Assembly: GCA_964388955.1 (NCBI GenBank)
Contig: CAYMCO010000029.1
Coordinates: forward strand, 1,197-65,196
Direction of reading: 5' to 3'
From: an uncultured Anaerolineaceae bacterium
GTDB lineage: Bacteria > Chloroflexota > Anaerolineae > Anaerolineales > E44-bin32
Length of the DNA stretch: 64,000 nucleotides
The notes beneath the pieces are model-generated. The model saw nothing but the letters and a program-made list of their open reading frames with translations, ran no database searches and had not been told where the DNA came from. Within the stretch, counting starts at the first letter, position 1. Every line of letters begins with the position of its first letter. A program made the position numbers and the translations under genes. Shown in pieces: positions 17,860-27,212 of the stretch.

Positions 17860-18492
17860 ATGGCAACACAGACTCGGGATGTGATACTGCGCACTCTGCG
17901 CTCCAAAGGCAAGTGCGATATCAAGGAGCTCGCTGAGGCCGCTGGCGTTTCCCCCGTCTCCGTGCGCCATCACATCTCCAACTTGCTGGCCGATCAACTC
18001 ATCGACGCGGAAGAGGTCCGCCAGGGCGTCGGCCGGCCGCATTATGTCTACTCACTCACCGAGTTGGGGATGGAGCGTTTTCCCAAGCGATACGTGCGTC
18101 TCACAAACCGCCTGCTGGAAGAGATGAAGGACGTGCTCCCCGAGGAGAAGATCCGGCAGTTGCTCGAGGGGATCTCAGCCAGCATGGCGGAGGAATATGC
18201 CGGCGCCCTCCAGGGGCAGCCGCTCCCCGAGCGCATCCGGCGCTTGCTCGACTTCCTGACCGAAGAGGGCTTTGAGGCGGAGCTGCATGACAAAGGCGAC
18301 CACCTGGTGGTGCGCGAGCTTTCCTGCCCCTATGTGCACCTGAGCATGCGCCACCCGGAAATCTGCAACGTCGATCGGGATTTCATCGCCACTGCCCTGT
18401 CCCTGCCGGTCGAGCGAGTGAACTGCCTCGCCAGCGGGGATTCTTTCTGCACTTTCGAGGTGAAACTGGGAGAGCTCTTGGAGGAGGCGTGA
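17860..18492 (+). CDS. sufR: SufR-like transcriptional regulator (ArsR/DeoR-type wHTH with a C-terminal Cys cluster)
   Basis: MATQTRDVILRTLRSKGKCDIKELAEAAGVSPVSVRHHISNL is followed by the C-terminal Cys residues ELSCPYVHLSMRHPEICNV...VNCLASGDSFCTFEV. It is divergent from sufCBD. Confidence 0.8.
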   Translation: MATQTRDVILRTLRSKGKCDIKELAEAAGVSPVSVRHHISNLLADQLIDAEEVRQGVGRPHYVYSLTELGMERFPKRYVRLTNRLLEEMKDVLPEEKIRQLLEGISASMAEEYAGALQGQPLPERIRRLLDFLTEEGFEAELHDKGDHLVVRELSCPYVHLSMRHPEICNVDRDFIATALSLPVERVNCLASGDSFCTFEVKLGELLEEA

Positions 18493-18496
18493 CGGT

Positions 18497-18844
18497 GTGA
18501 GCGAAGAGGCCGCTGTTCCGAAGACCCTGTGGGAAGTAGATTCGACCCACGCCGAGTTGGGGCAGAAGATCCGCGCAGGGCTGCGGGAAATCAAAGATCC
18601 CGAGCTGGGGTTGAACGTCATTGAACTCGGCCTGGTCCGCGAGGTGCGCATCGAGGATTCCACGGTCAGGGTGCGCATGATCCTGACCACGCCCTTCTGC
18701 CCCTACGGTCCGGCGTTGCTCGACCAGACCCGTTTGCAGGTGGAGCAAATGGCTGAGATGGACGCCACCATCGAATTGGGTATGGAGCCCTGGCATCCAC
18801 AGCTCATGGAGGAGGGCGCCGCCGCGGACTGGGGTTTCTTCTAA
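18497..18844 (+). CDS. DUF59/MIP18-family Fe-S assembly protein (SufT-like)
   Basis: IKDPELGLNVIELGLV...MILTTPFCPYG is the DUF59 signature. The start is GTG. Confidence 0.8.
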   Translation: MSEEAAVPKTLWEVDSTHAELGQKIRAGLREIKDPELGLNVIELGLVREVRIEDSTVRVRMILTTPFCPYGPALLDQTRLQVEQMAEMDATIELGMEPWHPQLMEEGAAADWGFF

Positions 18845-18869
18845 CCCAAAGGCTGTGCCCATCCGTCCA

Positions 18870-18895
18870 AACCGGCCGGCGCTTTCCGGCCGGTT
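18870..18895. terminator. Bidirectional terminator hairpin between the SufT-like gene and the anti-sigma gene
   Basis: AACCGGCCGG-cgcttt-CCGGCCGGTT forms a perfect 10-bp stem. It is followed by GCTGTTTCGG on the plus strand and TTTGGACGG on the minus strand. Confidence 0.6.
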
Positions 18896-18927
18896 GCTGT
18901 TTCGGCGATGCGCGCTCACGGCAGAGG

Positions 18928-19245
18928 CTAGGCCCGGTCCACCTGCATCTCTCGCTCTTGTCCCTGCCGTCCAGCGATTCCCAACAGCCCCAGCATTGCG
19001 ATGAGCAGGCGAAAGGCCATGCCCAGGGAGGCGGCGATCAACGCAAAGACGACCACCGCCAGGAACAAAAGCGTCCACTGCGAGGGGAGATCCCCTTGCT
19101 GATAGGTTACAATCCGGCCACGCAGCCGGCGGACGAAATTCGGGTTGGGCGACACGGGCACGAGCGTCTCCTCAAGCAAGCCCACCAATTCGCGCATGCC
19201 GATTGAGACGCCTGAGGATTTCTTCGCACTCATCTTCCGCTCCAT
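18928..19245 (-). CDS. Putative anti-sigma factor (single-pass membrane protein)
   Basis: 105 aa, immediately downstream of the ECF sigma. It has one TM helix (WTLLFLAVVVFALIAASLGMAF). I recognise no family, so the call is based on position. Confidence 0.45.
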   Translation of the reverse strand: MERKMSAKKSSGVSIGMRELVGLLEETLVPVSPNPNFVRRLRGRIVTYQQGDLPSQWTLLFLAVVVFALIAASLGMAFRLLIAMLGLLGIAGRQGQEREMQVDRA

Positions 19246-19299
19246 TTGATCGGGGAGCAGGGGCTGCCAAGTGCTGTCATCTCCCCACCATCTCCCCTC

Positions 19300-19920
19300 C
19301 TACCGCTCCAGGCCCTCGCCCTGGAGATCCTCGCCTGATCCGGTTTGGGCAATCGCCTCCGCCAGATCCTCCCTCAGGGCGTTCAAGGTCCGGTGATACA
19401 GGCTCTTGATGGCCCCCTCCGTTCGGCCCATGATCTCACCGATTTGCGCGTTGGAGAGGCGCTCTACGAATTTCAGAATCAGCAGCTGCTGCCGATCTGC
19501 CGGCAGGCCACGAACGACCTCCAAGAGGATGTCTCGCTCCTCATGCGAAATCGCCTCCGTCTCCGGGTGACTGCTCGCCCCCGTGATCAGCATCCGCTCA
19601 TCCAATGCAACCACGGGGCGCCGGTTTCGATCCCGATGCCAATTGGCGACCAGATTGTGGGCGATGCGGTAGAGCCAGGCCGAAAAGGGCACCCCCTTGT
19701 CCTTGAACTGAGGGATGTGATGCAGCGCGCGCTCGAACACGCGCGCCGTCAGATCCTCCGCCACATGGCTGTTCCCGGTCCGGTAGTATACGTAGCTGTA
19801 GATCCTCTCCACGTGCTGCTCGTACAGCTCGCCGAAGGCTGACGGATCCTTCTTCGCCCGGCGGACCATGGCCCGCTCATCATCCCGCGGGTCTCCTTGG
19901 CGCTCATCCGCCTCTGGCAT
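19300..19920 (-). CDS. RNA polymerase ECF-type sigma-70 family factor
   Basis: Region 2 reads FGELYEQHVERIYSYVYYRTGNSHVAEDLTARVF...FSAWLYRIAHNLVANWHR. Region 4 reads LPADRQQLLILKFVERLSNAQIGEIMGRTEGAIKSLYHRT. Confidence 0.9.
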   Translation of the reverse strand: MPEADERQGDPRDDERAMVRRAKKDPSAFGELYEQHVERIYSYVYYRTGNSHVAEDLTARVFERALHHIPQFKDKGVPFSAWLYRIAHNLVANWHRDRNRRPVVALDERMLITGASSHPETEAISHEERDILLEVVRGLPADRQQLLILKFVERLSNAQIGEIMGRTEGAIKSLYHRTLNALREDLAEAIAQTGSGEDLQGEGLER

Positions 19921-19961
19921 AGCCGTCGCTCACCTATACAAACCCCGCCCATTGCCAATAG

Positions 19962-21509
19962 TTATACAACTTCATCCCCCGCTTCAGTCCTCCCGGCACC
20001 CGCCTCCTCAGCCGCACCGTCCGGCGCCCGTTTGCGCATCACCTCCGTTCGCAGGTGTTGCCAGCTGCTTCGAACCCCTTGCAGGTCGATAACCTCGTCT
20101 GGGAACTCCCCGTAGCGCACCTTGTTGTACGCCTGGGTGATCAGCAGCGCCGCTGATTGGGCGTCGGGGTAGCTGAGTCGCAGACGGGAGGAGAACTCAA
20201 GTGGGGTCTCCGATGGCCTGCGCTCAATCCCACGCTCCGCCGCCAGCCGTAGGAACCGGGCGTATATCCGCCTGACGACGGATTCCAGCCAGCGCCTGCG
20301 CAAACCTGCCGCGAAACGCCGCGGGTCCAACGCCTCGCCCGCTCGGCGGAGGCGGTTCCGCAGATCATCCATGAGCGCCTGGCGCGAAAAGAGGCTTTCT
20401 CCCTCATCCGAGTCTTCCGCCCCAGACCGCCCCCCCTCCCGGCGCGCGAAAAGCACTACCCCGACCACCACCACAAGAAGAATGGCGCCCAACAGCAGCA
20501 AGATCAGGGTCTCCCCATGCGCGTTGATCCATGCGATCCAACCGGCATCCGCGCCGGTCCGGCGCTGGAGCTCGGACATCCAGTCCTGCACCTCGTTCAG
20601 ATCCAGAGGCCTCGGGATCTGGGTCTCATCGCCCGGATTGAAACTGCGCAGCGCCTGATAGATGGTGAGAAAAAGCACGAATAGCACCGGCGCCAGCACG
20701 AGCTGCAGCAGGGCGAACAGCCCCTTTCCGAACGTGCGCGCGACGTCGAACGCGGCGGAGGTGCCAAGCACCCTGCCTGCGAGGGCACCGGCGGCAATGG
20801 TCAACAACACCAGGGCCGCCAATCCCAACGCCCAGCCCCGGCCGAAGGGGTTCTGCCGCGCCCCGGGACCTCGGGCGATGCTCTGGGCGCGGCTGATCGA
20901 CATGGCCAGCAGCGCGGCGCCAAAGGCCAGCGGCAGGATTTCCAGCAGCGGCCGTACTCCGCCGCCTCGCTGGAATACTCCCTCGATCGCGAGCAACAAC
21001 ACAATCAACCGGAAGCGAAAGCCCACCCCCTGAGGCGACAATGGGGACGCCCCAGCTGCCGCGCCGCCGCGCCACCACGCGTATACAACGCCCATCAGCA
21101 CGACGATGACCACCACCAGCCGGTCGATCACCAAGTCCACCAGCCGGATGGGATCCGCGAACAACACCCCCAAGCTCGTATCCAGATTGGATAGGATTAT
21201 CGCCTGCATGGCAATCGCCAACAGTCCCAGCAGGGCCATGGTTTGAACCACATCTCGCAGAATCGCCGGGAGCCCTGCGCCCGCCATCCAGCGATTGCCA
21301 TACAGCGCCAGCAGGGCGATGGCGGCCAGCAGCGCCGTCGCGCCGAAAGTGCTCCATCCTCGCAGCGGTGACATTGTCGTCCGGAAGACCGGGACAACCC
21401 AGCTCAACTCCATCAACAACGCGAAGTAAATCCCCAGCTCATGCTGCGTCGCCCACCTGAAGAGCCCGCCCCCTTGACGGGTCCCGCTCTCGGCTGCAGT
21501 TCCGGTCAT
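19962..21509 (-). CDS. DUF4129-domain polytopic membrane protein (no transglutaminase core)
   Basis: 515 aa with many TM helices. The C-terminal PSETPLEFSSRLRLSYPDAQSAALLITQAYNKVRYGEFP is DUF4129-like. The protein contains no Cys at all, so it has no TGase catalytic Cys. Confidence 0.7.
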   Translation of the reverse strand: MTGTAAESGTRQGGGLFRWATQHELGIYFALLMELSWVVPVFRTTMSPLRGWSTFGATALLAAIALLALYGNRWMAGAGLPAILRDVVQTMALLGLLAIAMQAIILSNLDTSLGVLFADPIRLVDLVIDRLVVVIVVLMGVVYAWWRGGAAAGASPLSPQGVGFRFRLIVLLLAIEGVFQRGGGVRPLLEILPLAFGAALLAMSISRAQSIARGPGARQNPFGRGWALGLAALVLLTIAAGALAGRVLGTSAAFDVARTFGKGLFALLQLVLAPVLFVLFLTIYQALRSFNPGDETQIPRPLDLNEVQDWMSELQRRTGADAGWIAWINAHGETLILLLLGAILLVVVVGVVLFARREGGRSGAEDSDEGESLFSRQALMDDLRNRLRRAGEALDPRRFAAGLRRRWLESVVRRIYARFLRLAAERGIERRPSETPLEFSSRLRLSYPDAQSAALLITQAYNKVRYGEFPDEVIDLQGVRSSWQHLRTEVMRKRAPDGAAEEAGAGRTEAGDEVV

Positions 21510-22717
21510 GGCACCACCTCGAACTGGTCCAACGGCCGATGAATAACATCCACACCCGGGACAAACGGCGGTGCTTCCTCAGCCAGTGAGAAGACCACGC
21601 ACCGCCGTGTGCGGGCCCGGAGGCGGAGAAGCGCTTCCAGCAATTCTGGAGGCGTAATGCCGGTGACCACCAGCAACGTCGAGCCGTACTCCAGATGCGG
21701 AGCCTGCTGAAGCAGGAATTGTTCAAAGGGCGCAGATACGAACGGGGTCAACGCAGCCAGCATCTCGAGGATTTGCGGGAGATGGCGTGGGGACCGCCCC
21801 GGCGGGATCCGAAAAGGCTGTGCCCCACGGGCCACCGCCCCGTTGGATATCAAGCCCACCCTGAATCCCTGCTCGTAAGCTTCCATGATCAGGGAGGCCG
21901 CGGTCACCACCAGCGCCTCCAGCATTTCGGGCAGATACCCCATCCAATAGCGGGCCAAGGTGGTCACGTTGAGACAGACGATCAGATCCGTGCCCGACAC
22001 CGGCTGGAACACCCGGCTCTGCAGCTCACCGGTGCGTGCGGTAGCGGGCCAATGGATACGGCGAAATCCATCCTGCGGTTGATAGTCCCGCACTCCGATC
22101 GGTTGGGTGACATCTTCGAACAGCCTGCGCCGGCTGCTCCGCACCCCAAAGGGATCCTCGGCCCGCAGGCCCAACTCACGCACCGGCCGGACCTTCGGGA
22201 AGACCACCAATTGCTCCTGCTTCTCCCCCACCTTCTCCGAATAGAAGAGCCCAAAAGGGTCGCCGGATCGCAGCATCACCGGCCCGACTCGATACAAACC
22301 CCGGGTCCTAAAGAGCAGTTCAAAGGAACGCCGCACCTTGGCGAAGCCGCGCATCACGAGCACCAGACTTAGGGCGCCTTCGCCGCCCCCCTCTCCCTGC
22401 TCCGAAAAGGCCGCGTCCGTCGGGCTGACCTCATACGGCCATGGATCAACGCATTTCAGCCACGCCAGGGGGAAGAGTTTACGGTTTTCCACCTCGATTT
22501 CTACGCCCACGCTCTCGCCTGGAAAGGCCCGCCGGTACTGCGGGCGGCGGGCATGGCGCACCTCTCGCAGAGCCTCGCGGTTCCACAACCAGGAGAATGC
22601 CAGCACGACACCCATCATTCCGACCAGCGCCAGCACACCGGTCGAGCCGAGCAGGTAGCCAAGTATTAAGAGGAAGACCGTCAGCCGTACCCAGGCCTCG
22701 CTCAGCGTTACCCGCAT
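21506..22717 (-). CDS. DUF58 domain protein (vWA-like, MoxR partner)
   Basis: VRDYQPQDGFRRIHWPATARTGELQSRVF is the DUF58 signature. The start MRVTLSEAW at 22717 has two TM helices. The gene overlaps the 5' start (ATG at 21509) of the downstream DUF4129 gene by 4 nt. Confidence 0.85.
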   Translation of the reverse strand: MRVTLSEAWVRLTVFLLILGYLLGSTGVLALVGMMGVVLAFSWLWNREALREVRHARRPQYRRAFPGESVGVEIEVENRKLFPLAWLKCVDPWPYEVSPTDAAFSEQGEGGGEGALSLVLVMRGFAKVRRSFELLFRTRGLYRVGPVMLRSGDPFGLFYSEKVGEKQEQLVVFPKVRPVRELGLRAEDPFGVRSSRRRLFEDVTQPIGVRDYQPQDGFRRIHWPATARTGELQSRVFQPVSGTDLIVCLNVTTLARYWMGYLPEMLEALVVTAASLIMEAYEQGFRVGLISNGAVARGAQPFRIPPGRSPRHLPQILEMLAALTPFVSAPFEQFLLQQAPHLEYGSTLLVVTGITPPELLEALLRLRARTRRCVVFSLAEEAPPFVPGVDVIHRPLDQFEVVP

Positions 22718-22721
22718 ACAC

Positions 22722-23663
22722 TCACTCTTCCACGGGGACCGGCACTCCGGAGACCACGTCGTCAACGAGGTCTGCGACCTCCCGGCCCCTCAGCTGTGCC
22801 TGCGGCGATATCATCAACCGGTGGGTGAGCACAAACGGGGCCATCCGCTTGACATCGTCAGGGATGACGTATTCCCGGCCCTGGATCGCCGCCCATGCCT
22901 GCGCCATCATGAACAACCCCAGGGTCGCGCGTGGGCTGGCGCCGAGGTCGATTTCCGGGTTTTCACGCGTCGCCCGGGCGACGGCGACGACATAATTGCG
23001 CACCGAGGTTTCCAGGCGCACGTCCTGCCGCAGGCGCCCCAGCTCCAGGATTTCCTCCGGGCTGGTAACCGCCCCCAAGGAGGCCAGCGGATCCCCCGCC
23101 CGGAAGCGCACCAGGATGTCGTTTTCCTCCGCTTCGTCCGGATAGCCGATCACCAGGCGCATTAAGAACCGATCCAGCTGCGCCTCGGGCAGGGGGAACG
23201 TACCCTCCAACTCGACCGGGTTCTGAGTCGCCAGGACCAGAAAAGGGCGCGGCACCCCGCGGGACACGCCGTCCACCGTCACCTGCCGCTCCTGCATCGC
23301 CTCCAGCAAAGCAGACTGGGTGCGCGGGGTGGCGCGGTTGATCTCGTCCGCCAGGACGATCTGGCTCATCACAGGCCCCGGACGGTATTCAAAGCTCTGC
23401 ATTTTCTGGTTGAACCAGTTGATTCCCGTCACATCAGAGGGCAGCAGATCGGGCGTGAACTGGATCCGCTGAAATGTGCAGCCGAGCGATGCCGCAAGAG
23501 AGCGCGCCAACGTCGTCTTCCCGATTCCCGGGACATCCTCCAGCAGGATATGCCCCTCGCACAAGACCGCCGCCAACGCCATATCGATGACCTCACCCTT
23601 GCCGACGATCACCTGCTGTATGTTTTCGCGGATCCTCCGCGCCACCTGGCTGACTTTTCCCAT
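22722..23663 (-). CDS. MoxR-family AAA+ ATPase
   Basis: 313 aa starting from MGKVSQVARRI. Walker A LLEDVPGIGKTTLA, Walker B VLADEINRATPRTQSALLEAMQE and LVLATQNP are present. The rest of the 660-aa track ORF is an antisense artefact. Confidence 0.9.
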   Translation of the reverse strand: MGKVSQVARRIRENIQQVIVGKGEVIDMALAAVLCEGHILLEDVPGIGKTTLARSLAASLGCTFQRIQFTPDLLPSDVTGINWFNQKMQSFEYRPGPVMSQIVLADEINRATPRTQSALLEAMQERQVTVDGVSRGVPRPFLVLATQNPVELEGTFPLPEAQLDRFLMRLVIGYPDEAEENDILVRFRAGDPLASLGAVTSPEEILELGRLRQDVRLETSVRNYVVAVARATRENPEIDLGASPRATLGLFMMAQAWAAIQGREYVIPDDVKRMAPFVLTHRLMISPQAQLRGREVADLVDDVVSGVPVPVEE

Positions 23664-23725
23664 GTCTCGCCTCTTGTCCCTCACCCCTTCGAGGCGCGAG
23701 TATAGCATGGATCGCGGGGCCCCAA

Positions 23726-23734
23726 TGTTATAAT
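23726..23734 (+). promoter_or_regulatory. Extended -10 promoter for dinG
   Basis: TGtTATAAT at 23726-23734. The ATG at 23748 lies 13 nt downstream, so the leader is very short. Confidence 0.45.
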
Positions 23735-23747
23735 CCAAGACCACAGG

Positions 23748-26534
23748 ATGAGAACACTGGTCGCGCTCGATGTGGAAACCACAGGATTGGACCCGGAACG
23801 CGATGCCATTATCGAGTTTGGCGCCGTGCGCTTCCGAGATACCCACGTGGAAGAGCCATTTCACCGACTGATCAACCCCGGCCGTCCCCTTCCCCCCGAG
23901 ATCGTCAACCTCACCGGTATCACCGACGACATGCTCGCCGGAGCGCCGCGCATGACCCGGGTGCTCGACGACATTAGATCGTACGTCGGCGATGACCCGA
24001 TCCTCGGCCACAGCGTCCAATTCGATCTCGCTTTTCTCCAGCCCAAAGGGCTGTTCCGCGACAATCAGCGCCTGGACACCTATGATCTGGCCTCCGTATT
24101 GATGCCCTCCGCCGCCCGCTACAGTCTTTCTGCTCTGGCGAGCGCCCTTGCGGTGCCCGTCCGGGAGACGCATCGTGCCCTCGACGACGCCCAGACCACC
24201 CGCATGGTCTTCATGCGCCTGATGGACATCGTACGAGAGCTCCCCTGGGAGCTGGTGGAGGAGATCACCCGTCTCGGCGCTGAGGTGGAGTGGGGCGCGG
24301 GGTTCATCTTCGACGAAGTGTTCGAGGACCTGCGCGACCGCGCACCGGCGCTGCGCCACGAGGCCTTCCACCTGTCTTTTCCCGGGCCGGATGCACTTGG
24401 AGATCCGATCGTCCCGAGAGACCCGCCGCAACCTCTGGACCCGGAGGCGTTGTCGGCGCTCATCGAACCGGGAGGCGCGGTGGCCGAGAATTTCCCCGCC
24501 TATGAACACCGGGCAGAGCAGATAGCCATGCTGCAGGCCGTGGCCCAGGCGCTGTCCGAAAGCCAACACCTGCTGGTGGAGGCCGGCACAGGCATCGGGA
24601 AATCCCTGGCCTACCTGATCCCTGCCTTCGCCTGGGCGGAGCGCAACGGGGAGCGCGTGGTGGTCTCCACCAACACCATCAATCTCCAGGACCAGCTCAT
24701 CCACAAGGACGTCCCCGACCTGGACCAGGCCCTAGGGAAGGACTATCGGGCTGCGGTGCTCAAGGGCCGCGCCAATTACCTGTGTCCGCGCAGGCTTTCC
24801 GCCCTCCGGCGAGTCGGCCCCGGATCCGCGGAGGAGATGCGGGTGCTGGCCAAGGTGCTGGTATGGCTGGCTCGCGACGGAACCGGCGATCGAACCGAGA
24901 TCACTCTGCGCGGGCCGGGAGAGGCCGCCGTTTGGTCGTCTTTGTCCTCGGACAGCCCGGAGTGTTCCCCGGACTCCTGCCACGCCTTTGGGGAAGGCGC
25001 TTGTCCCTACTACTTCGCCCGCCAGGCCGCCGAGCGGGCGCACGTGGTGATCGTCAACCACGCGCTTCTGCTGGCGGATATCATGGCCGGCAACCGCGTG
25101 ATTCCCGAATTCCGCTACTTGATTGTGGACGAGGCCCATCACCTGGAATCCGCCACCACCCAGTCCATGCGGCTGCGGGTGACCGAATCCGAAATCAGCC
25201 GCCTGCTGCGCGCCATCGACCGCGCCCGGGACGGTCTGCCGGGTCGTATGGTTGAAATCGCGCGCGCCGAACTGAAGCCGGAGGCATTGGAGAGGGTGCG
25301 CAGCGCCTCGGTCGAGATCGCCCAGAGGGCCCGGGAATGCCAGAGGATGGCTTCGGCGTTCTTTTCGGCCGTGGGTGAGTTCCTCGCCGAGCAGCGGGAG
25401 GGCGCCGATATCGGCCCGTATCCGCAGCAGGTGCGAATCACTCCTTCCACCCGCACTCTCCCGGGGTGGACACCCGTCGAGATCAGCCTGGATGATCTGA
25501 CTCCACCGCTTTCGGACCTCTCCGCAAGGCTGATCAGCATTGGGGACGAATTGGCTGAGCTGGGCGCCCGGGGCTCCAGCGCCGCCGAGGATCTGGCGGT
25601 GTCCGTCCGCGGTCTTGGCCGGGATCTGGGCGAGATACACGATCAGCTCACGCATATCGTCTTCGACCCCGCCAACAATGTGGTCTATTGGGCGGAGATC
25701 CACCCCAGGGCAATGGCGCCCTCTCTGAACGCCGCGCCGCTGGAGATCGGGACCATGGTGCAGCGCTTTCTGTGGCACGAAAAAGAATCGGTGATCATGA
25801 CCTCCGCCACGCTCACCACTGCGGGCGAATTCGATTACATGCGCCAGCGCTTGATGGCACAGGAGGCCGAGGAGTTGGCCTTGGGATCGCCCTTCGACTA
25901 CGAGAACTCGGCCATGTTGTACCTGATCAACGACATTCCAGAGCCCAACGATCGGCGCAGATACCAATATGCGGTCGAGAAAGGCCTGACCGGATTGTGC
26001 AAAGCCACCGGGGGGCGGGCCCTGGTGCTGTTCACTTCCTACAACCAACTCCGGCGCACCTCCCAAGCCATCTCGGGCCCGCTCGCCAACTACGGCATTG
26101 TGGTCTACGAGCAGGGGGAGGGCGCCTCCCGACACGCCCTTCTGGAGAGCTTCCGGACAACCGATCAGGCGGTTCTGCTGGGCACCCGCTCCTTCTGGGA
26201 GGGTGTGGACGTCCCCGGGCCGGCGCTCTCCGTGCTCGCGCTCATCCGGCTGCCCTTCGACGTGCCCAGCGACCCCATCATCGCCGCACGCTCCGAGACC
26301 TACGAGTCCCCCTTCGATCAGTACGCCGTTCCCGAGGCCGTCCTTCGTTTCCGGCAAGGCTTCGGGCGGTTGATTCGCACCCGTTCGGACCGCGGAGTTG
26401 TGGCGGTTTTCGACGTGCGCGTGCTGACCAAGAACTACGGACGAGCCTTCATCGACTCGCTCCCACGCTGTACCGTGCGCCGCGGCCCGCTCGCCAACCT
26501 TCCCAGTGCTGCCGCTCGCTGGCTGGGGATATAG
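23748..26534 (+). CDS. dinG: DnaQ-like 3'-5' exonuclease fused to a DinG-family ATP-dependent DNA helicase
   Basis: The N-terminus LVALDVETTGLDPERDAIIEFGAV...HRALDDAQ carries the Exo I-III motifs. It is followed by EAGTGIGKSLAYL (Walker A), DEAHHLE, a 4-Cys region and C-terminal helicase motifs. Confidence 0.9.
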   Translation: MRTLVALDVETTGLDPERDAIIEFGAVRFRDTHVEEPFHRLINPGRPLPPEIVNLTGITDDMLAGAPRMTRVLDDIRSYVGDDPILGHSVQFDLAFLQPKGLFRDNQRLDTYDLASVLMPSAARYSLSALASALAVPVRETHRALDDAQTTRMVFMRLMDIVRELPWELVEEITRLGAEVEWGAGFIFDEVFEDLRDRAPALRHEAFHLSFPGPDALGDPIVPRDPPQPLDPEALSALIEPGGAVAENFPAYEHRAEQIAMLQAVAQALSESQHLLVEAGTGIGKSLAYLIPAFAWAERNGERVVVSTNTINLQDQLIHKDVPDLDQALGKDYRAAVLKGRANYLCPRRLSALRRVGPGSAEEMRVLAKVLVWLARDGTGDRTEITLRGPGEAAVWSSLSSDSPECSPDSCHAFGEGACPYYFARQAAERAHVVIVNHALLLADIMAGNRVIPEFRYLIVDEAHHLESATTQSMRLRVTESEISRLLRAIDRARDGLPGRMVEIARAELKPEALERVRSASVEIAQRARECQRMASAFFSAVGEFLAEQREGADIGPYPQQVRITPSTRTLPGWTPVEISLDDLTPPLSDLSARLISIGDELAELGARGSSAAEDLAVSVRGLGRDLGEIHDQLTHIVFDPANNVVYWAEIHPRAMAPSLNAAPLEIGTMVQRFLWHEKESVIMTSATLTTAGEFDYMRQRLMAQEAEELALGSPFDYENSAMLYLINDIPEPNDRRRYQYAVEKGLTGLCKATGGRALVLFTSYNQLRRTSQAISGPLANYGIVVYEQGEGASRHALLESFRTTDQAVLLGTRSFWEGVDVPGPALSVLALIRLPFDVPSDPIIAARSETYESPFDQYAVPEAVLRFRQGFGRLIRTRSDRGVVAVFDVRVLTKNYGRAFIDSLPRCTVRRGPLANLPSAAARWLGI

Positions 26535-26608
26535 GCGCACCGCGCTGTGCGGCATGCGCGGCGCGCGAAGGACGACCGGCATTGGGCCACGCGCCGTAAT
26601 CCGGATGG

Positions 26609-26670
26609 CGAACGACAGGGCTTTCGAGCGCCGTGAACGTGCCAACGTGCAACGTGTAACGCCTGACCCG
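26609..26670. repeat. Dispersed intergenic repeat module with an AACGTG array (copy A)
   Basis: CGAACGACAGGGC...AACGTG at 26636, 26644 and 26651 (period 8 then 7)...GACCCG. It parallels 39928-40015. Confidence 0.6.
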
Positions 26671-26880
26671 CAACCTCGCTTGCCCCCTGCTCCGCTGCTC
26701 CGCTTCTCCCCTCCCCCCCTCTCCTCCGCCCTGCTGCTCCCACGCCGCCGCCCACCATACCCCTCTTAAGCCCCTGGGCTGGCGAAAATGCCTACCACGA
26801 ACGGCTGACTTCAAGCGCGTGGGCAGTGAGCGCTTTGGCGCTTTCTTGGTGCGACACGAATAGATGGCGATGGCGGGCAG

Positions 26881-26899
26881 CCACAAGGGCTGCCCCTAC
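26881..26899. repeat. Short dispersed repeat, copy 2 of 2 (CCACAAGGGYTGCCCCTAC)
   Basis: Matches 7808-7826 with 1 mismatch. Confidence 0.6.
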
Positions 26900-27212
26900 G
26901 GCTTGTACTCGCACCAGCCTCGCGCCAGGTGGGAAGATGCTCATGCCGGAGATGTCTTTGTGTGGACGCCGCGCCGGGGTGTCTCAAAGGTGCCGTAGGA
27001 CGACTTAGGCCTCCGGCAGGTGAGGATGATGAGCGGCTGGGTAGGGAGATGGCCGCGCCAACTCAGGGCTCATCACTCTCCCGGGGCCCCTCCTTCCTCC
27101 CTCCCGTCGTCCCATCGATTGCATCCCAAGACACTTGCCACAATAATTGACGGTGGGCGAGGCCCACTCCCTCCTCGCAGGCCCGGGCCCAGCGAATCCA
27201 GGAGAACACCAG

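Noticed and set aside
23664-24704. N-terminal 347 aa of the 660-aa track ORF containing MoxR
   Set aside because: Only the last 313 aa (from MGKVSQ, ATG at 23663) match MoxR. The extension runs antisense through the dinG promoter and coding region and has no recognisable domain.
24732-26645. 637-aa minus-strand ORF antisense to dinG
   Set aside because: It is a Gly/Arg/Pro-rich nonsense translation. The plus strand has complete exonuclease and DinG helicase motifs.
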